Positions 48,265 to 60,125 of a stretch of DNA of 64,000 nt are shown here, piece after piece. Position numbers and translations under genes: made by a program. Within the stretch, counting starts at the first letter, position 1. Each line of letters opens with the position of its first letter. The notes under the pieces were generated by a model, which saw only the letters and a program-made list of their open reading frames with translations, did not search any database and was not told the origin of the DNA. The DNA is from Alloascoidea hylecoeti (lineage: Eukaryota), in assembly GCA_001600815.1 (NCBI GenBank), contig BCKZ01000002.1, positions 1,434,294 to 1,498,293 of the forward strand. The letters run 5' to 3'.

Positions 48265-49823
48265 ACACCCACACATCTCCCGGTGTGACTTGCTGTCTCC
48301 ACGGTTTCTCTGCTAGGCTCCTGGTAGGCTCCTGGTAGGCGGCGTGTAGCCTAATTGTAACCCGTACATTGTCCACTCTGATTTCTTTGTGTGATCTGAG
48401 TGGGTTCCATACTGTTTTTCTTATAATCATACATATTCATGTTTTATGATCATATATTTTAATCCTCTTTACTCTTTTTTATTCAAATTAAGTGTGATTG
48501 ACTACTATTAATATCGTTGGAGGGCGGGCTGCAACAATTTATCCTGTCTCAAACCTTTTCTTTGTCAAGCTAGTGCTTTTAATTAGCTCCACCTAGCTAT
48601 ATATAAAAATATACGATATCGATGTCATATAAAATTATCCATAATTTCACAGTATTCTTATTACTCTTTTTAATTTTTAACTCTTTTATCTTTTTTTCAA
48701 TTTATATAATCAAACAATCTAGATTGAATTGGTAAGGATATAGGTTTGTTCATAAGAAGGTTTTCTGTACTAAGGATAGTCTAAAATTTTCATGACCCGA
48801 AAATTGTGTGATAGACGCGCATTTGTCCCATACAATAAAAAATTCTATAATGAAGTAATACCAATTCCATGTAAACGGCAAAATTGAATATTTTTAGTAA
48901 CTTTAATAACTCAATATGAATTATTTAAATTTACTTATCCCGATCTCCCCAGTGAAAAGTTAACTAGTAGGCTGAGGGATCGTATCATTTAAATTTTGTT
49001 TCTTTTATTAAACTGGATATTTCACTTTGATCACTAATTTCAAATATCACAAGATTGTAATTGGGTATAACATTATAAAATTGCTTACCGTAAAATTGAC
49101 TATGAGACACCGCAATAACAACTCTTTTGTATAGCATTTTAGAATTGACTAAAATGACCTTTAAAACTAATAAGCTTTCTTTAAAGGTTACCTATAGTGT
49201 AAAAACTTAGAACTCGATGGCAATCGGGCAACACACATACATCTGAAATTAAATACCAATTGCAATAGCAACTCGCCTTACCATAGATAGATAGGAAAGT
49301 ATATAATCAAGCTAGATTCTTGAAAAGGATAATTACTATTTAGTATTTACTAGCTGTACGTGTGGTTCTGACGTTAATCAATAATTAATGATTTCTAATG
49401 ATCACGACCCTCATGGTTATAATTAATAAAATTGGATTTATCTGCTGAATTACTTGATTTACATTTCTAAGTTTAATTAATAGTTCCCAAAGCATCACAT
49501 GGTATACTAATTACAGCTAGGTCTAGGGTATAAGAAATTATATTATTACCACCCGCGGGTCCACTTTTTGTTTCATTCATTGATATTAATATGTTCAATG
49601 CTGGTTGTTTCGTTTCATGCTATTCAATTGCAATTTTCATGGCACACCAATACACATCTTTTAAAACCATTCAAGTATATTATTACACGTATTAGTTTCT
49701 ATGTGACTAAATATAAACTTATTATACAGACATGAATACCGTTTGCTCCCCACATATAGCAATACTAGCATAAGCAATTCTATTTCCAAATTAACATTCA
49801 AACCAATTGCAACCAAGAAAAAA

Positions 49824-51114
49824 TCAATTTAACCAATCATCAAGATAGATACCTCCATGATCATCAGTATCGTTAGTTTCAAATGTAGTAGACCTACCAC
49901 TAATTCCACTAAATCCTTTGCATAGATCTAAACTGTCAAATTCAAAATATTTCATAATGTCGTTAGAAAAATTTAAACTAGCAAAAGATTTTTCAACATT
50001 AGAATCTTCTATTTGGTTTTTAATGGTTCCATTTCCATTTTGGATTTCAAGTTCTTGATCATAATCATCATCCAATTTCATGTCAGTACCACCTGCTTCC
50101 ATTAAAGAATACCAAGTTACTCTATAAGTAGAACCTCCATCCCAACGTTCAAATTTGTCTTCATATACAAGAACTTCACAAAGTGATCGAATGTTATGGA
50201 CTGTCAAATCAACTGTTGTAATATGGCTTCCAACTATAAATTGTTGGATTTCAGGGATGGTAGCATATCCAACATAGTTATGAGTGTATGACTGTTGAAT
50301 AGGAGGAGTTTGCTCCACTTCGACACCTTCTTTGTCTTTTTTCTGAGTCGCGTGTGGTTTAAATGCATTTGGATATGATTTTTCTCCAACGTAACGCCAT
50401 ATTATGACTAAAAGTGATCTGATGAATTCAACGTCTAATTCATTATCAGTAAACCATGGACCACCGGTAACATCCAAGGAAGGTTGAAGTTCATATAGCA
50501 TATATATTTTTCTTGTTGGAAACTAATTAATATTAATAATTGTTATTATCATGAGTACTATTAATTGTAATCAAGTAAAACATACCTTCACTGATTTGAC
50601 CGTTTTGATATATCTAAGGCCTTCCATACTTTTTAAACATCTAGATACAACCTGTTGATGAAGATTTGTTTTCAATTTGATTGTCTTTGTCCATATACCT
50701 TCACGACCTGCTGCTTCTATATAGTGATATATGATTTGTTCGTCTCTGGACATAGATTTGATCCTATGATAAGGTTATTAGTTACATTTGTTTAGATAAA
50801 TATTTCAATTTCGTCACAGTAATATCGTACTTCTCGGCCGTTGCCAATGGGATGGGTTTAAAACACAATTTATCTTCTTCTTTAGATAATCTAACCATAT
50901 GCTAAATCCGACGATTATCATTAATACCAAATATTATATAGATAACGGTTTAAGTTCAACGTACCTGGTCAACTAATTCTTGTGAAAGTTCGGCGAGGAT
51001 TTTCAAAGACTTTGAGTCTAGCAGCTCCAGCAGATCATTTTGTGTGTAAGTTTGGCCTTGTGGCTTTGTTGCCAGCATCAACTGGTGTAGTTTCGTCGCA
51101 GCCGGAGACAACAT
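49824..51114 (-). CDS. RPC34: RNA polymerase III subunit C34 (exons 51114-50965, 50901-50831, 50763-50586, 50522-49824; ~365 aa)
   Basis: IEAAGREGIWTKTIK..TNLHQ, VKSVKFPTRKIYMLYELQPS.DVTGGPWFTD. Three introns (GTACGT, GTACGA, GTATGT donors) keep the frame. Confidence 0.93.
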
Positions 51115-51164
51115 ATTTAACGAACGACATCACATCCTAATTAATTACATAGGGATCCGAAAGT

Positions 51165-51172
51165 CCGGGTAA
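51165..51172 (-). promoter_or_regulatory. Reb1-type site in the 124-bp RPC34/ARG3 divergent promoter
   Basis: CCGGGTAA roughly midway between the two ATGs. Confidence 0.55.
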
Positions 51173-51238
51173 ATTGGACGAAAAAGTCAAAAAGTGAGTA
51201 ATAATTTCATCCTCTACTTAAATTATATATCAAAAACG

Positions 51239-52279
51239 ATGTTCAGGTCAATTCCCATCTCCAAATTTGCTTCCAGATTGGCATTTTCTTCGAGTTGCAG
51301 GAAGTATGGCTCATCTTCTTCAGGTCCAAGGCATCTGCTTTCAATTCTTGATCTTTCGTCCCGGGAGCTCAATCAGCTGGTCACTAACGCTGCAAACTTT
51401 AAGACCGCCATATATTCAGGTACCCCAGCTCCAGATGCTGTATCTAAAGCTCTTATGGGGAAAACTGTAGCACTTATCTTCTCAAAACGTTCCACACGAA
51501 CTCGTATTTCCTCAGAAGGAGCAGTAACATATCTTGGTGGCCATCCAATGTTTTTAGGGAAAGATGATATTCAATTGGGGGTTAATGAGTCTTTATATGA
51601 CAGTGCTAGAGTCATATCTTCAATGACTGCTGCAATTTTTGCTAGAGTTGGTGCCCATTCAGAAGTCGCCGACCTTGCAAAAGACTCAACATCCCCTGTC
51701 ATTAACGCTCTTTGTGATACTTATCATCCACTACAAGCAATTGCTGATATATTGACTATTAAAGAAACCTTTGGTGAAAACGTTAATGGACTAAACCTTA
51801 CTTGGATTGGTGATGCAAATAATGTTATCAATGACCTTGCAATTGCTGCTCTGAAATCCGGAATTAACGTTACGATAGCTACACCAGAAGGTATTGAAAT
51901 GTCATCTCATATATCTTCTAATGCTGAACATATTTCAAAGGAAACTGGTGCTTCTTATATGGTAACTCATGATCCTATATCTGCTGTGAAGAATGCAAAT
52001 ATCTTGGTTACGGATACATTTGTTTCAATGGGTGAGGAAGCTCAAAAAGCAGCAAAACTAAAACAATTTGAAGGATTTCAAATTTCTTCTGAATTGGCAA
52101 CTTCTGGAAAAGCAGATTCTAATTGGAAATTTATGCATTGTTTACCTAGACATCATGAAGAGGTTACTGATGAAGTTTTCTACTCAGATAGGTCTGTTGT
52201 TTTCCAAGAAGCTGAAAATCGTCTTTATGCTGCAATTTCTGTATTAGATGCTTTTGCTGTTAAGAATGGGAAAATTTGA
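51239..52279 (+). CDS. ARG3: Ornithine carbamoyltransferase with presequence-like N-terminus
   Basis: FSKRSTRTR, HPLQ, SMG, HCLP and EAENR. The first ATG is at 51239; the ORF-track start is an upstream GTG. Confidence 0.95.
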   Translation: MFRSIPISKFASRLAFSSSCRKYGSSSSGPRHLLSILDLSSRELNQLVTNAANFKTAIYSGTPAPDAVSKALMGKTVALIFSKRSTRTRISSEGAVTYLGGHPMFLGKDDIQLGVNESLYDSARVISSMTAAIFARVGAHSEVADLAKDSTSPVINALCDTYHPLQAIADILTIKETFGENVNGLNLTWIGDANNVINDLAIAALKSGINVTIATPEGIEMSSHISSNAEHISKETGASYMVTHDPISAVKNANILVTDTFVSMGEEAQKAAKLKQFEGFQISSELATSGKADSNWKFMHCLPRHHEEVTDEVFYSDRSVVFQEAENRLYAAISVLDAFAVKNGKI

Positions 52280-52325
52280 TTAAAGTTTAATCATCGATAT
52301 ATAATTCTATTATACATAGTTATAG

Positions 52326-53486
52326 TTAAAGAGTAATGTCTTCAACATTTCGACTTTTGAATTTCCTTCCTGATCTATCAACTGATCTAAATTGAAATCT
52401 TGATCCTATTATAACGAATTCAATCTCTTTACTATTATCTTCATTTTCTATTATTTGTGCTGATGTTCCTACTGTTGTTTCAGAACCAATGATATTTATA
52501 TTCTCAGGAATAGGAACTTTAAAAGAAAATTGACATCCCTTTTTTTCAATTAATCTTAGACCACCAACAATTTCTCTACTTGATTGTGATATATTATTAT
52601 CAGAAGTCAGATGTTGTGTTAGGATTTTATTATCTTCATCTTGATTACTGAAGAAATCTTTTCTCCACCCATCTTCTTGCGGAACTACAATTACAAAAAT
52701 GTTTTTTGCATCCCATAAAACAATTCCACTTAATCCAACATTACTTGGATTTTTGCTTGATACTACAGTAAGAAATGAACCATTGTAATCGGCAGAAGCA
52801 AGCTTTGGTAAAATATTAACAATATTATGAGATTCTTTATTACCTTTAGATACTCCTTTATCTCCATGTGCTTGTGCTGTGGAATTAGAAGGAATAAAAA
52901 ACGTCTTCCCGAATAGTAGATCAATCATGTATGATCTCCATAAATTGTATATTGGTAAAAAGTCAAGTAATTGAGGAACAAATTTAGTCTCACTCCATTT
53001 ATCCAGGCTTATATCATTTAAATCATCAATATCCATACTAGTATCTGAATCCGTTTTTAATGCATTATTCTCTTTATACTTCTTTCGTTGTAATTGATAT
53101 ATCCGTTTATATAAAATTTTTTGATTTTTCTGTGCTTTTTGAATAAAACTTTTCAATCCATCTCTTGCATTATCTCTTCTATCCTTTCGTAAATTTCTTC
53201 TTGACTTGAATTTTTTCTTCGAAATTTTCCCTTCTTTTCCAATGCTCATTGGTTTGATTTTGGAAGCAGCACTTATCCTTGGTTTGGAATTTAAAGATTT
53301 GATACCTGCTGCTCTGTTTTCTTTTCTTATTTTTTCATTAAAATCAATATTTCCTTCAGTAGGATTTAAATTTAGTTTAAATTTTTGATCAGCTGTATTA
53401 TATCTTGTTTCCAAAAGTTCTTCAGCTTTCTCTTCATCATGCGATCTTAAAAATATCTGGGATTCAATAGAAAATTTTGAACTCAT
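52326..53486 (-). CDS. POP4: RNase P/MRP subunit Pop4 (p29)
   Basis: FLPIYNLWRSYMIDLL, KLASADYNGSFLTVVSSKNPSNVGLSGIVLWD and GSRFQFRSVDRSGRKFK. Confidence 0.88.
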   Translation of the reverse strand: MSSKFSIESQIFLRSHDEEKAEELLETRYNTADQKFKLNLNPTEGNIDFNEKIRKENRAAGIKSLNSKPRISAASKIKPMSIGKEGKISKKKFKSRRNLRKDRRDNARDGLKSFIQKAQKNQKILYKRIYQLQRKKYKENNALKTDSDTSMDIDDLNDISLDKWSETKFVPQLLDFLPIYNLWRSYMIDLLFGKTFFIPSNSTAQAHGDKGVSKGNKESHNIVNILPKLASADYNGSFLTVVSSKNPSNVGLSGIVLWDAKNIFVIVVPQEDGWRKDFFSNQDEDNKILTQHLTSDNNISQSSREIVGGLRLIEKKGCQFSFKVPIPENINIIGSETTVGTSAQIIENEDNSKEIEFVIIGSRFQFRSVDRSGRKFKSRNVEDITL

Positions 53487-53649
53487 CGATGGCTATATTC
53501 AAAAATTAAATCATATTAATTTTGGAGGATTAATTGGTTACAACATCCGTACATCATCTCACAACGAATTTAAAGTTCCTTATTCTTTTTTAACAAAATC
53601 TTCGTCAAGTTATGAAAAGCTTCAATATTACTATTCAAATATCTTTAGT

Positions 53650-55107
53650 ATGATCAATGGTGTTATAATACAACGCTTATCAAGACAAAGTATTTTGTCA
53701 GTAAAATGCTGTAAGCTTTTCAAACCTTATAGAGGTGTTTATCTACGATCTTTTGGGACTATGTCAAAATTAAGTGGTGGTGTTCCGTTCAGACAAGAGG
53801 ATTTATTAGGCGATGAAAAATATAATGAAGAATCAAGAGCATTAAATGAACCATTTGAAGATTTTATGCAACAAGATGTTATATCACATAATAAACAGGA
53901 AGATATTATTCAAAAACCAATTGACCTTTCTGAAGAAGTGAAGAAATTAGGACCTCGGATTTTTGTATCGGAAATGTCAAATCCTTATAATAATCTAGCT
54001 CTTGAACATTATATTTTTAAACATTTCCCAGTTTCAAAAGGAATCACAGAAAATTCAAAAGAGACTAATAATAGACTAGTGATTTATATTAATTCACCAT
54101 GTGTTGTTATTGGTAAAAACCAAAATCCTTGGGGAGAAACCAACTTACCAATAATTAATTCTTTATCAATTCCTTTAGTGCGACGTTTTTCTGGTGGTGG
54201 TGCAGTTGTTCATGATACTGAAAATGTGAATTTTAGTATTATGATGCCTAGAAATCAATTCACAAGAGATAAGCATTCTCAATTAATATGTGATGAGGTT
54301 AATAAATTACCACTTGATAAACAAATTACTAGATTCACACCGGATACACAAACTCCTTATCAAGTACAAGGCCCACATCTTAAATTAAAATTAAACCAAA
54401 GATTTGATATCGTTGATAGTGATTCTGGTTATAAAGTTTCTGGAAGTGCTTATAAGATTCAAAAAGATAAAGCATATCATCATGCAACAATGTTAATTAA
54501 TTCAAAATTAGATATTTTAAAAACATTATTACATCGAAATGAAGATATAGTTGGAAAAGTTGATGGTAGAGGGGTTGAAAGTGTAAAAGTTCCTGTTAAG
54601 AACGTTGGAATGGATAAGAAATTATTTATTGAATGTGTTATTGATGCTTTTACAAAAGAATATGGAAAATCTATTAAAAATGAAATAAAAGATGAAGATG
54701 ATGATGATTTATTTGGATTATCAGTTTTTCAACCAGAACAAAAAGATGTTCCACTATCAGTTATCACTGAAGATGATTTAAATGGTGAAGTTCAAGAAAT
54801 TGCCAAAAGTATGCAAACTTGGGATTGGAAGTTTGGGTCAACTCCATTATTTCATCATACCTTAACAAACCTAGAACATGATTTCACTATAAAGTTCACT
54901 GTTGAAAAAGGTATAATACAAGATCTAGAAATTGTTAATGGTGAGGATACAATTATTAATGGTTTCACTACTGAACAAATATTTAGTTATTTAAAAGATC
55001 TCATTAAAAAAAGTCCAATTAGATATCAAGGTAAAATATTATCTCCATTTATAACCGATGAAAATATTGCTAATTGGATTGGTAATGCTATAGATGGTAC
55101 ATCATAA
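53650..55107 (+). CDS. AIM22: Mitochondrial lipoate-protein ligase A
   Basis: NPYNNLALE, PCVVIGKNQNPW.E.N, RRFSGGGAVVHD, KVSGSAYKI, YHHATML and WDWKFGSTP. Confidence 0.9.
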   Translation: MINGVIIQRLSRQSILSVKCCKLFKPYRGVYLRSFGTMSKLSGGVPFRQEDLLGDEKYNEESRALNEPFEDFMQQDVISHNKQEDIIQKPIDLSEEVKKLGPRIFVSEMSNPYNNLALEHYIFKHFPVSKGITENSKETNNRLVIYINSPCVVIGKNQNPWGETNLPIINSLSIPLVRRFSGGGAVVHDTENVNFSIMMPRNQFTRDKHSQLICDEVNKLPLDKQITRFTPDTQTPYQVQGPHLKLKLNQRFDIVDSDSGYKVSGSAYKIQKDKAYHHATMLINSKLDILKTLLHRNEDIVGKVDGRGVESVKVPVKNVGMDKKLFIECVIDAFTKEYGKSIKNEIKDEDDDDLFGLSVFQPEQKDVPLSVITEDDLNGEVQEIAKSMQTWDWKFGSTPLFHHTLTNLEHDFTIKFTVEKGIIQDLEIVNGEDTIINGFTTEQIFSYLKDLIKKSPIRYQGKILSPFITDENIANWIGNAIDGTS

Positions 55108-55202
55108 TACATTTAATCGTGAACGTTAGTTCAAACAAACATTCAATGTCTGGGTAGATATCCTTTATTTGTATATATTTCTATAGTTTAATGTATATAT
55201 TT

Positions 55203-56618
55203 CTACAGATACTGCCCCCATTTCCAAATTCCCCATGCAAATAACTGCTCTCCAAAATCATCGTATCCTTCTTCTTCACCCCCTTCAACTTTAATCAGTC
55301 CAACATCTTCCAATTGTTTGAATAATAAGCTTCTAACGTCTCCATACTTTTCGCGTAATGGTAACTGAATTATGACTCTAGAATCACCCGATTTATATAA
55401 AAATATTTTCAACATGTTAATAATCCATGGAGGATGTGATCGTGAGTAGATTGGATCTGACAATATAATAGTTTTATACCTTGTCGTTTCTAAATCTTTA
55501 CCTGAAGATTCATCAACTAGTCCATGTGAAATTTCCGATTTGATAAAGGAAGAAGGATCGGTCCAATCTAACTCTGCTACTTTTGATTTTTGTTTGGAAA
55601 AACAAGAATATTTCAAATTCTCACCTAGTGTTATTGACACTTCTTTATGATTTTTGTCAACATTATGTTGTAGATTAGGGATAATTTCAGATAGATCAGT
55701 TAATGTAATATCAAATCCCAGCTTAGCGCATGCTATTCCAACCAATCCAGTTCCTGCTCCCAGCTCCAAAATAGGTTCTTTAAGCATTAGATTATAATCT
55801 TTACTGTTGTTAGATTTATTAAAATTGGTATAATAAGATAATACGTTATTTACCAATCTTTGAGATAACATCAAAGAAGAGCCCCACGTTTTCAATCCTA
55901 AGTTATCTGCCGTCAGGGATGGTTCTTTTAACTCAATTCCGATATCCGATGAGATTATTTGGTTTAGTATATACTGTTTGGCTTCTCCAATATTGATGTT
56001 TTGTGCTTGCAATTGCGAAGAGATCTCATTTAGAATTTTCTCGGTTATAGCCTCTTCCAGATTCTGTAATTCAATATCTCTGTAAATATCAGGTTCCGCT
56101 GTTCTTCCGCACCTTTCTGCCAAACGAGAACTAGCAAGATCAATGATCGTTTCTTTAACTTCTTCGTCTTTAATCCATGATAATGGTGAAGAAATTATAG
56201 ATGTTAGGTAACGAAAAATTTCTGACTGAGGTAATGTCAATAGTCCATTTGTTAAATCCGATAATGATAATGATGGAATGTTCTGATCATGATATGAATG
56301 AGATGTAGTTTCTATAGTTGTTGCATGTAATTGTTTTTGTGGTCCAAAGTTCTTCGGTTTAGATTTAGCAATAATTGTTAAAATCAATATAAGAAGATTT
56401 GGAGATGGATGTGATGACATCAGGGGCAAATCTAAATAATGCAGTGGTTTTGTAAATGCCTCATTTTTATCAAGTTCTTGTTCTTTGATATTTACATTGA
56501 TCTCTTTAGGGTATATTATTGGGGTTTCGGCTCCTGAGACATTTACAGGTGTTGTTAAAGGTGTAGTTAACAATGATACCGAACCAGCAGGCGTATCATA
56601 AATTTCCCGATCACTCAT
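55203..56618 (-). CDS. EFM2: Protein-lysine methyltransferase, Efm2/Rrg1 type
   Basis: RLAERCGRTA.P, LKEPSLTADNLGLKTWGSS, ILELGAGTGLVG, LTDL and SDPIYS..HP. Confidence 0.8.
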   Translation of the reverse strand: MSDREIYDTPAGSVSLLTTPLTTPVNVSGAETPIIYPKEINVNIKEQELDKNEAFTKPLHYLDLPLMSSHPSPNLLILILTIIAKSKPKNFGPQKQLHATTIETTSHSYHDQNIPSLSLSDLTNGLLTLPQSEIFRYLTSIISSPLSWIKDEEVKETIIDLASSRLAERCGRTAEPDIYRDIELQNLEEAITEKILNEISSQLQAQNINIGEAKQYILNQIISSDIGIELKEPSLTADNLGLKTWGSSLMLSQRLVNNVLSYYTNFNKSNNSKDYNLMLKEPILELGAGTGLVGIACAKLGFDITLTDLSEIIPNLQHNVDKNHKEVSITLGENLKYSCFSKQKSKVAELDWTDPSSFIKSEISHGLVDESSGKDLETTRYKTIILSDPIYSRSHPPWIINMLKIFLYKSGDSRVIIQLPLREKYGDVRSLLFKQLEDVGLIKVEGGEEEGYDDFGEQLFAWGIWKWGQYL

Positions 56619-57005
56619 ATAGCTATTTAACAGATATATCGATATCTAGGTATATCTTACTTTCAAGATGTTTTAATGCTAAGAGAGAAAATTTTGGTAT
56701 GCATCAGAGAAAATATTTTTCATGTTGCAATTTCCAATTCATGTGGAAACACACTCAAACACTTCCACAACGACCACATCTCTTAAGCAAATCCGGGTGA
56801 GCTAAATAAACCGCATTTAATAGAATAGTATATAAGTTTAAAGTAACGTGAATATTAATCATATATATTCTTTGGTGTTGGAATGCATATATTGTGCCAA
56901 ATCTTCATTTTTTGATTCTATAGTGGTAATTTTTCACCAAAAGTTCTTTTTAAGATTTAGCATTCGGTTGCCCCAACAACTGAGCCTATATGTTTTTTAA
57001 AATCT

Positions 57006-57574
57006 GATAAGGATTTCAATATCGATAAGCTTAACAATATAATTATTAACAGGCCCGTCTTAAATATTTTTTGTATCAATATTTATATTTTTGATTAGAT
57101 TTCCCCAACTTTCCATGACTATTAATTATTGTGTCAGAATCATTGTTACTTTAATTGTTAGCTCTATCCCACAATATAACGAGATTAGATTCCATTTCAA
57201 GTATACATGCCAGCCAGAGTTTCTCTCGAGATCCTGTAAAAATGAGAGCCTCCTAGTCAAAGGTTGATGAGTTATACGTGCTCTTGATGTTTAACGCTAC
57301 AAGTTCAACGGAGGTCTGTATTTTAGAGGCTATAATATTATGCATAAGAGCGCGTACATACGTATATTTCCAACACATTCATTATAATCTTTGGCACTTT
57401 GTATATGATCTCCCGAAGTTTAATACGTATTAACCATCGTTCCGTTGGATATTTCATAAATGTCTACCGTATTAGGATGGTCTATTCTATAGCTGAGAAG
57501 AAGGAAGAAAGAAGTTCGATGTATGAAAACTATATGCATCATGCACTAATCAGCTCGTATCGCAGATAGATAAG
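57006..57574 (+). promoter_or_regulatory. GATAAG (GATA factor / nitrogen catabolite repression) sites at 57006, 57024, 57569
   Basis: Three exact GATAAG upstream of a nucleobase/allantoin permease. Short motif in AT-rich DNA. Confidence 0.35.
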
Positions 57575-57816
57575 AGCTGTTTATAGTCTAATTGGATCAG
57601 ATTGATATTCACACCATTAAAATATTCGCTGCATCGTGCATATATAATTTTTCAATTCAAATTTTACTTGCTATAAAAACTTTGTCATTCCATCTTATTT
57701 CAACCTTTTCTTGTCGTAAATCAAACCATCTGTCTTCGTTGAAAAATAAACTAGAAGGTTTGATTCAGTGGAATTTTCAGCAATTACATAAAGCTAATAC
57801 TGAAGTAAACGACAAA

Positions 57817-59550
57817 ATGGCAGATTTTGAATCTAATTCTGAGGATGCTCGAAAACAAGGATCTGGAGGTTGGTTCAACAAATTAATCAAATGGATAGAA
57901 TTAGATCACGAACCTGGTCTAACAAACATCCAACTTTTCTTAACAAATAATGATTTAAAACCATTGGAAGCCGCAAGAAGAACTTGGGGTTGGATGAACT
58001 TTGTAGCCTTTTGGATTGCTGATTCTTTCAACATTAACACTTGGCAAATCGCAGCTACAGGTGTTCAAGCAGGTTTAAGTTGGTGGCAGGTGTGGATATC
58101 TGTTTGGTTGGGCTATGGTATTGTTGGGTGTTTTGTTCTGTTAACTGCAAGAATAGGTTCAATGTATCATATCACCTTTCCTGTTTCTTGTCGATCAAGT
58201 TTTGGTATTTATGGTGCATATTGGCCTGTTTTGAACCGTGTCGTTATGGCTTGTATATGGTATGGTGTTCAAGCATGGCTAGGGGGTGAATGTGTCCAAT
58301 TGATGCTGGAAGCTGTTTTTCCTCAAACTAAGCATATGAAAAATGGTATACCAAACTCAGGGACTACAACACTAGGATTTTTATCATTCTTCCTCTTCTG
58401 TCTTTTTTCCTTACCTGCAATTTGGTTTCCACCTCATCAAATCAGACATTTGTTTACTGTCAAATCAATAGTATGTCCAATTGCAGGTATTGCTTTTTTG
58501 GTTTGGACAATAGTTAAAGCTGGAGGTATAGGACCTGTTGTTCACCAGGGTGAAACTATTCATGGAAGTGAAAAAGGTTGGGCATTTGTTAAATCGATGA
58601 TGAACTGTATTGCAAACTTTGCAACTTTGATCGTTAATGCTCCCGATTTTAGTCGTATGGCCACAACTAAGAATTCAGCTAAATGGTCACAAGTTATATC
58701 GATACCTGTCTGTTTTTCAATCACCTCTTTAATTGGAATTCTTGTTTCTTCTGCATCAACCATATTATACGGAGAAACTCTATGGTCGCCATTAGATGTA
58801 CTATCACAATTCCTGGATGGTAATAAATCAGGATCTAGAGCAGGTGTTTTCTTTATTGCGTTTGCTTTTTCTCTCGCTCAATTAGGTACAAATATCTCTG
58901 CCAATTCTTTATCTGCAGGAACTGATATGGCTGCACTATTCCCTAGGTTTATAAATATTAGGAGAGGTGGGTTTATCTGTGCTGCAGCCGCCTTCTGTTA
59001 TTGTCCTTGGAACTTGTTCAAGTCCTCTAATTCGTTCACTTCTTATCTATCTTCTTATTCGGTTTTCTTATCTGCAATCTCTGGTGTTGTATTTTGCGAT
59101 TATTACCTGGTTAGGAAAGGAAATTTGGTATTAAAGGATTTATACAACAACAACAAATTCTCAACATATATGTTTACTTTAGGTTGCAACTGGAGAGCAT
59201 ATGTTGCTTATATTTCAGGTATCTTAATTAATATTGTTGGATTTGCTGGTGATGTTGGTAAATCTGTGCCAATTGGTGCAACTTATGTATACAATGTTAA
59301 CTACTTTTGTGGTTATATAATTTCAGCAGTAATGTATTACATTCTCTGTCATTTCTTTCCAATTCCTGGAAACAACGAAAAGTTTCATGATGAATATATG
59401 TATGTTGAGGATTTCCATGTCGCTCTTACATCTTCTTCTGAACAATATGAAACTTATGATGCCCAGGCCGTTAAATCTGATATTAATGTTAATGTTGAAG
59501 ATTCAAGTGCACATTCAGATAAAAAGTCTTGGAATATCTTTAAAAAATGA
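57817..59550 (+). CDS. NCS1-family uracil/allantoin permease (Fur4/Dal4-like; ~577 aa)
   Basis: FWIADSFNINTWQIA, NRVVMACIWYGVQ, NFATLIVNAPDFSR and NISANSLSAGTDM..L.PRFINIRRG. First ATG at 57817. Confidence 0.92.
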   Translation: MADFESNSEDARKQGSGGWFNKLIKWIELDHEPGLTNIQLFLTNNDLKPLEAARRTWGWMNFVAFWIADSFNINTWQIAATGVQAGLSWWQVWISVWLGYGIVGCFVLLTARIGSMYHITFPVSCRSSFGIYGAYWPVLNRVVMACIWYGVQAWLGGECVQLMLEAVFPQTKHMKNGIPNSGTTTLGFLSFFLFCLFSLPAIWFPPHQIRHLFTVKSIVCPIAGIAFLVWTIVKAGGIGPVVHQGETIHGSEKGWAFVKSMMNCIANFATLIVNAPDFSRMATTKNSAKWSQVISIPVCFSITSLIGILVSSASTILYGETLWSPLDVLSQFLDGNKSGSRAGVFFIAFAFSLAQLGTNISANSLSAGTDMAALFPRFINIRRGGFICAAAAFCYCPWNLFKSSNSFTSYLSSYSVFLSAISGVVFCDYYLVRKGNLVLKDLYNNNKFSTYMFTLGCNWRAYVAYISGILINIVGFAGDVGKSVPIGATYVYNVNYFCGYIISAVMYYILCHFFPIPGNNEKFHDEYMYVEDFHVALTSSSEQYETYDAQAVKSDINVNVEDSSAHSDKKSWNIFKK

Positions 59551-60051
59551 TTGCTTTATTTGCTTTTTGAGTGAACTTTTAAATTGAGAGTTATGATTTG
59601 TTTTTATTTCAGATGACATTGACTTTAACGTTTTTTTCTAGAAAGTTAGATTTACCTAGACTTTTGAAAACCTTATAAATATTAATAAAGCTTGCAGTTC
59701 AAGCTTATATTAACATTCTAATAGTAATATATATAATAATTTAATACATCATTATTGAATAAATATTTTTTAAGTCTTTTTGTAAGTATTTCAATTGGCA
59801 TTCCCGTTTGTATGTATCTAAATATACGTAGTTTTATATGTCTCTCAACATTGAGGGTTCTTAGAGGTATGTTGTTAGCTTTTCAGACCAACCAGTCGTT
59901 AGTTTATATATCATTAACCTCCTGACGATGCGTAATCGCCCTCTCTTATTAACCGGGGTAGCTCTATATATTACATAATATGAGCTATTCTTAGAATAAA
60001 CTTATCTCATTTGATTTTGCAGTCTTCGGCCTTTAATTTTTTTGCCTTTAA

Positions 60052-60125
60052 TACAGTCATTTCTCTTAATTTAGGCCATTTAATACGTGAGTGTTCGGCC
60101 AGGTTTATGATTTCAGCCACACGAC
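60052..60125 (+). repeat. Copy of the same dispersed repeat end
   Basis: TA+CAGTCATTTCTCTTAATTTAGGCCAT-N12-TGTTCGGCCA, with the same spacing as 61423. Confidence 0.7.

Noticed and set aside
48113..48430. 105-aa minus-strand ORF
   Set aside because: It runs through the SCB array and short repeats, so it is best explained as promoter DNA.
49824..49990. RPC34 C-terminus lacks the four-Cys Fe-S motif
   Set aside because: This loss is already known for S. cerevisiae-type C34, so it is not novel.
57592..57816. 75-codon in-frame extension upstream of the permease ATG
   Set aside because: It starts at TTG, contains a likely TATA box (TATAAAA at 57672) and shows no family similarity. A near-cognate start cannot be fully excluded.
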